Assembly: GCA_030141605.1 (NCBI GenBank)
Contig: JAQGDQ010001920.1
Coordinates: 1-21,118, forward strand
Source: Tubiluchus corallicola
Taxonomy: Eukaryota > Animalia > Priapulida
DNA: 21,118 nucleotides
Reading direction: 5' to 3'
Position numbers and translations under genes: made by a program. Shown here in pieces: positions 20,680-21,118 of the stretch (within the stretch, counting starts at the first letter, position 1; every line of letters begins with the position of its first letter). A model generated the notes under the pieces. That model had not been told where the DNA came from, did not search any database, and saw nothing but the letters and a program-made list of their open reading frames with translations.

Positions 20680-20743
20680 TATACCTTACCTGTATTGTCG
20701 TATGTGCAAGTCGCTAAATAAGCGTTGGTGCGGTTAATAAATC
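20680..20743 (+). mobile_element. SINE 3' part with an L2-type tail
   Basis: TGCAAGTCGCTAAATAAGCGT (20705-20725) resembles the L2-partner SINE tail TGTAAGTCGCTTTGGATAAAAGCGTC and is followed by TAATAAAT. It is contiguous with the tRNA-like head once the LINE and one TSD are removed. Confidence 0.5.
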
Positions 20744-21118
20744 TTGTCTTTTTTGTTCAAAAAAACGTAGCATGTACAAATTGTACAGGTAAAAATTCTG
20801 TGACGTAACGCAGACTACATGCATAAAGTATAAAGTGAGTTGCGCGCTGTGTTAATCCTCCTGTCTTAAGCACAAAACAAAGTTAACATAGTATACATAC
20901 AACAAAGCGGGCTATAAAGGTTTACTTAATGCCATAATAATCTACATCTAGCGGGTACATCTTGATACTTTAAAACTCCGCAACAGTTTTTGATTACTAC
21001 ATTATTTATTTATTTCACTCCTGGGTGTCTGAAAAGCAAGGTTGTTCGAAAGCAAGTGTTTGAGCATCTTTGCAAATCTTTCTGTTTATGACGCTAAACT
21101 CCTATAAAAAGTACAATC

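Overview
AT-rich eukaryotic genomic DNA, most likely from an invertebrate animal (the taxon cannot be fixed from this window). It holds the last five coding exons of an ezrin/radixin/moesin (ERM) gene on the + strand: 1535-1695, 3051-3149, 4913-5063, 6738-6844 and 10314-10478. All introns are GT-AG with matching phases, and the protein ends in a canonical C-ERMAD tail ([26 protein letters not shown]). The rest is mainly transposon debris: hAT-type MITEs with 8-bp TSDs, 5'-truncated L2/Crack/CR1-like LINE ends, a tRNA-headed SINE split by a CR1-like insertion, and at least nine tandem arrays. The 3.3-kb 42-bp satellite explains both ~865-aa ORFs, which I do not accept as genes. The most notable observations are: (i) a retroinsertion whose 17-bp TSD duplicates an ERM splice acceptor and could form an alternative terminal exon lacking the C-ERMAD; (ii) a 43-bp array that multiplies a splice donor; (iii) a 2.5-kb non-autonomous hAT element carrying two minisatellites, nested in an L2 remnant. 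I found no convincing novel multi-gene system. All calls come from reading the sequence by eye; no searches were run.
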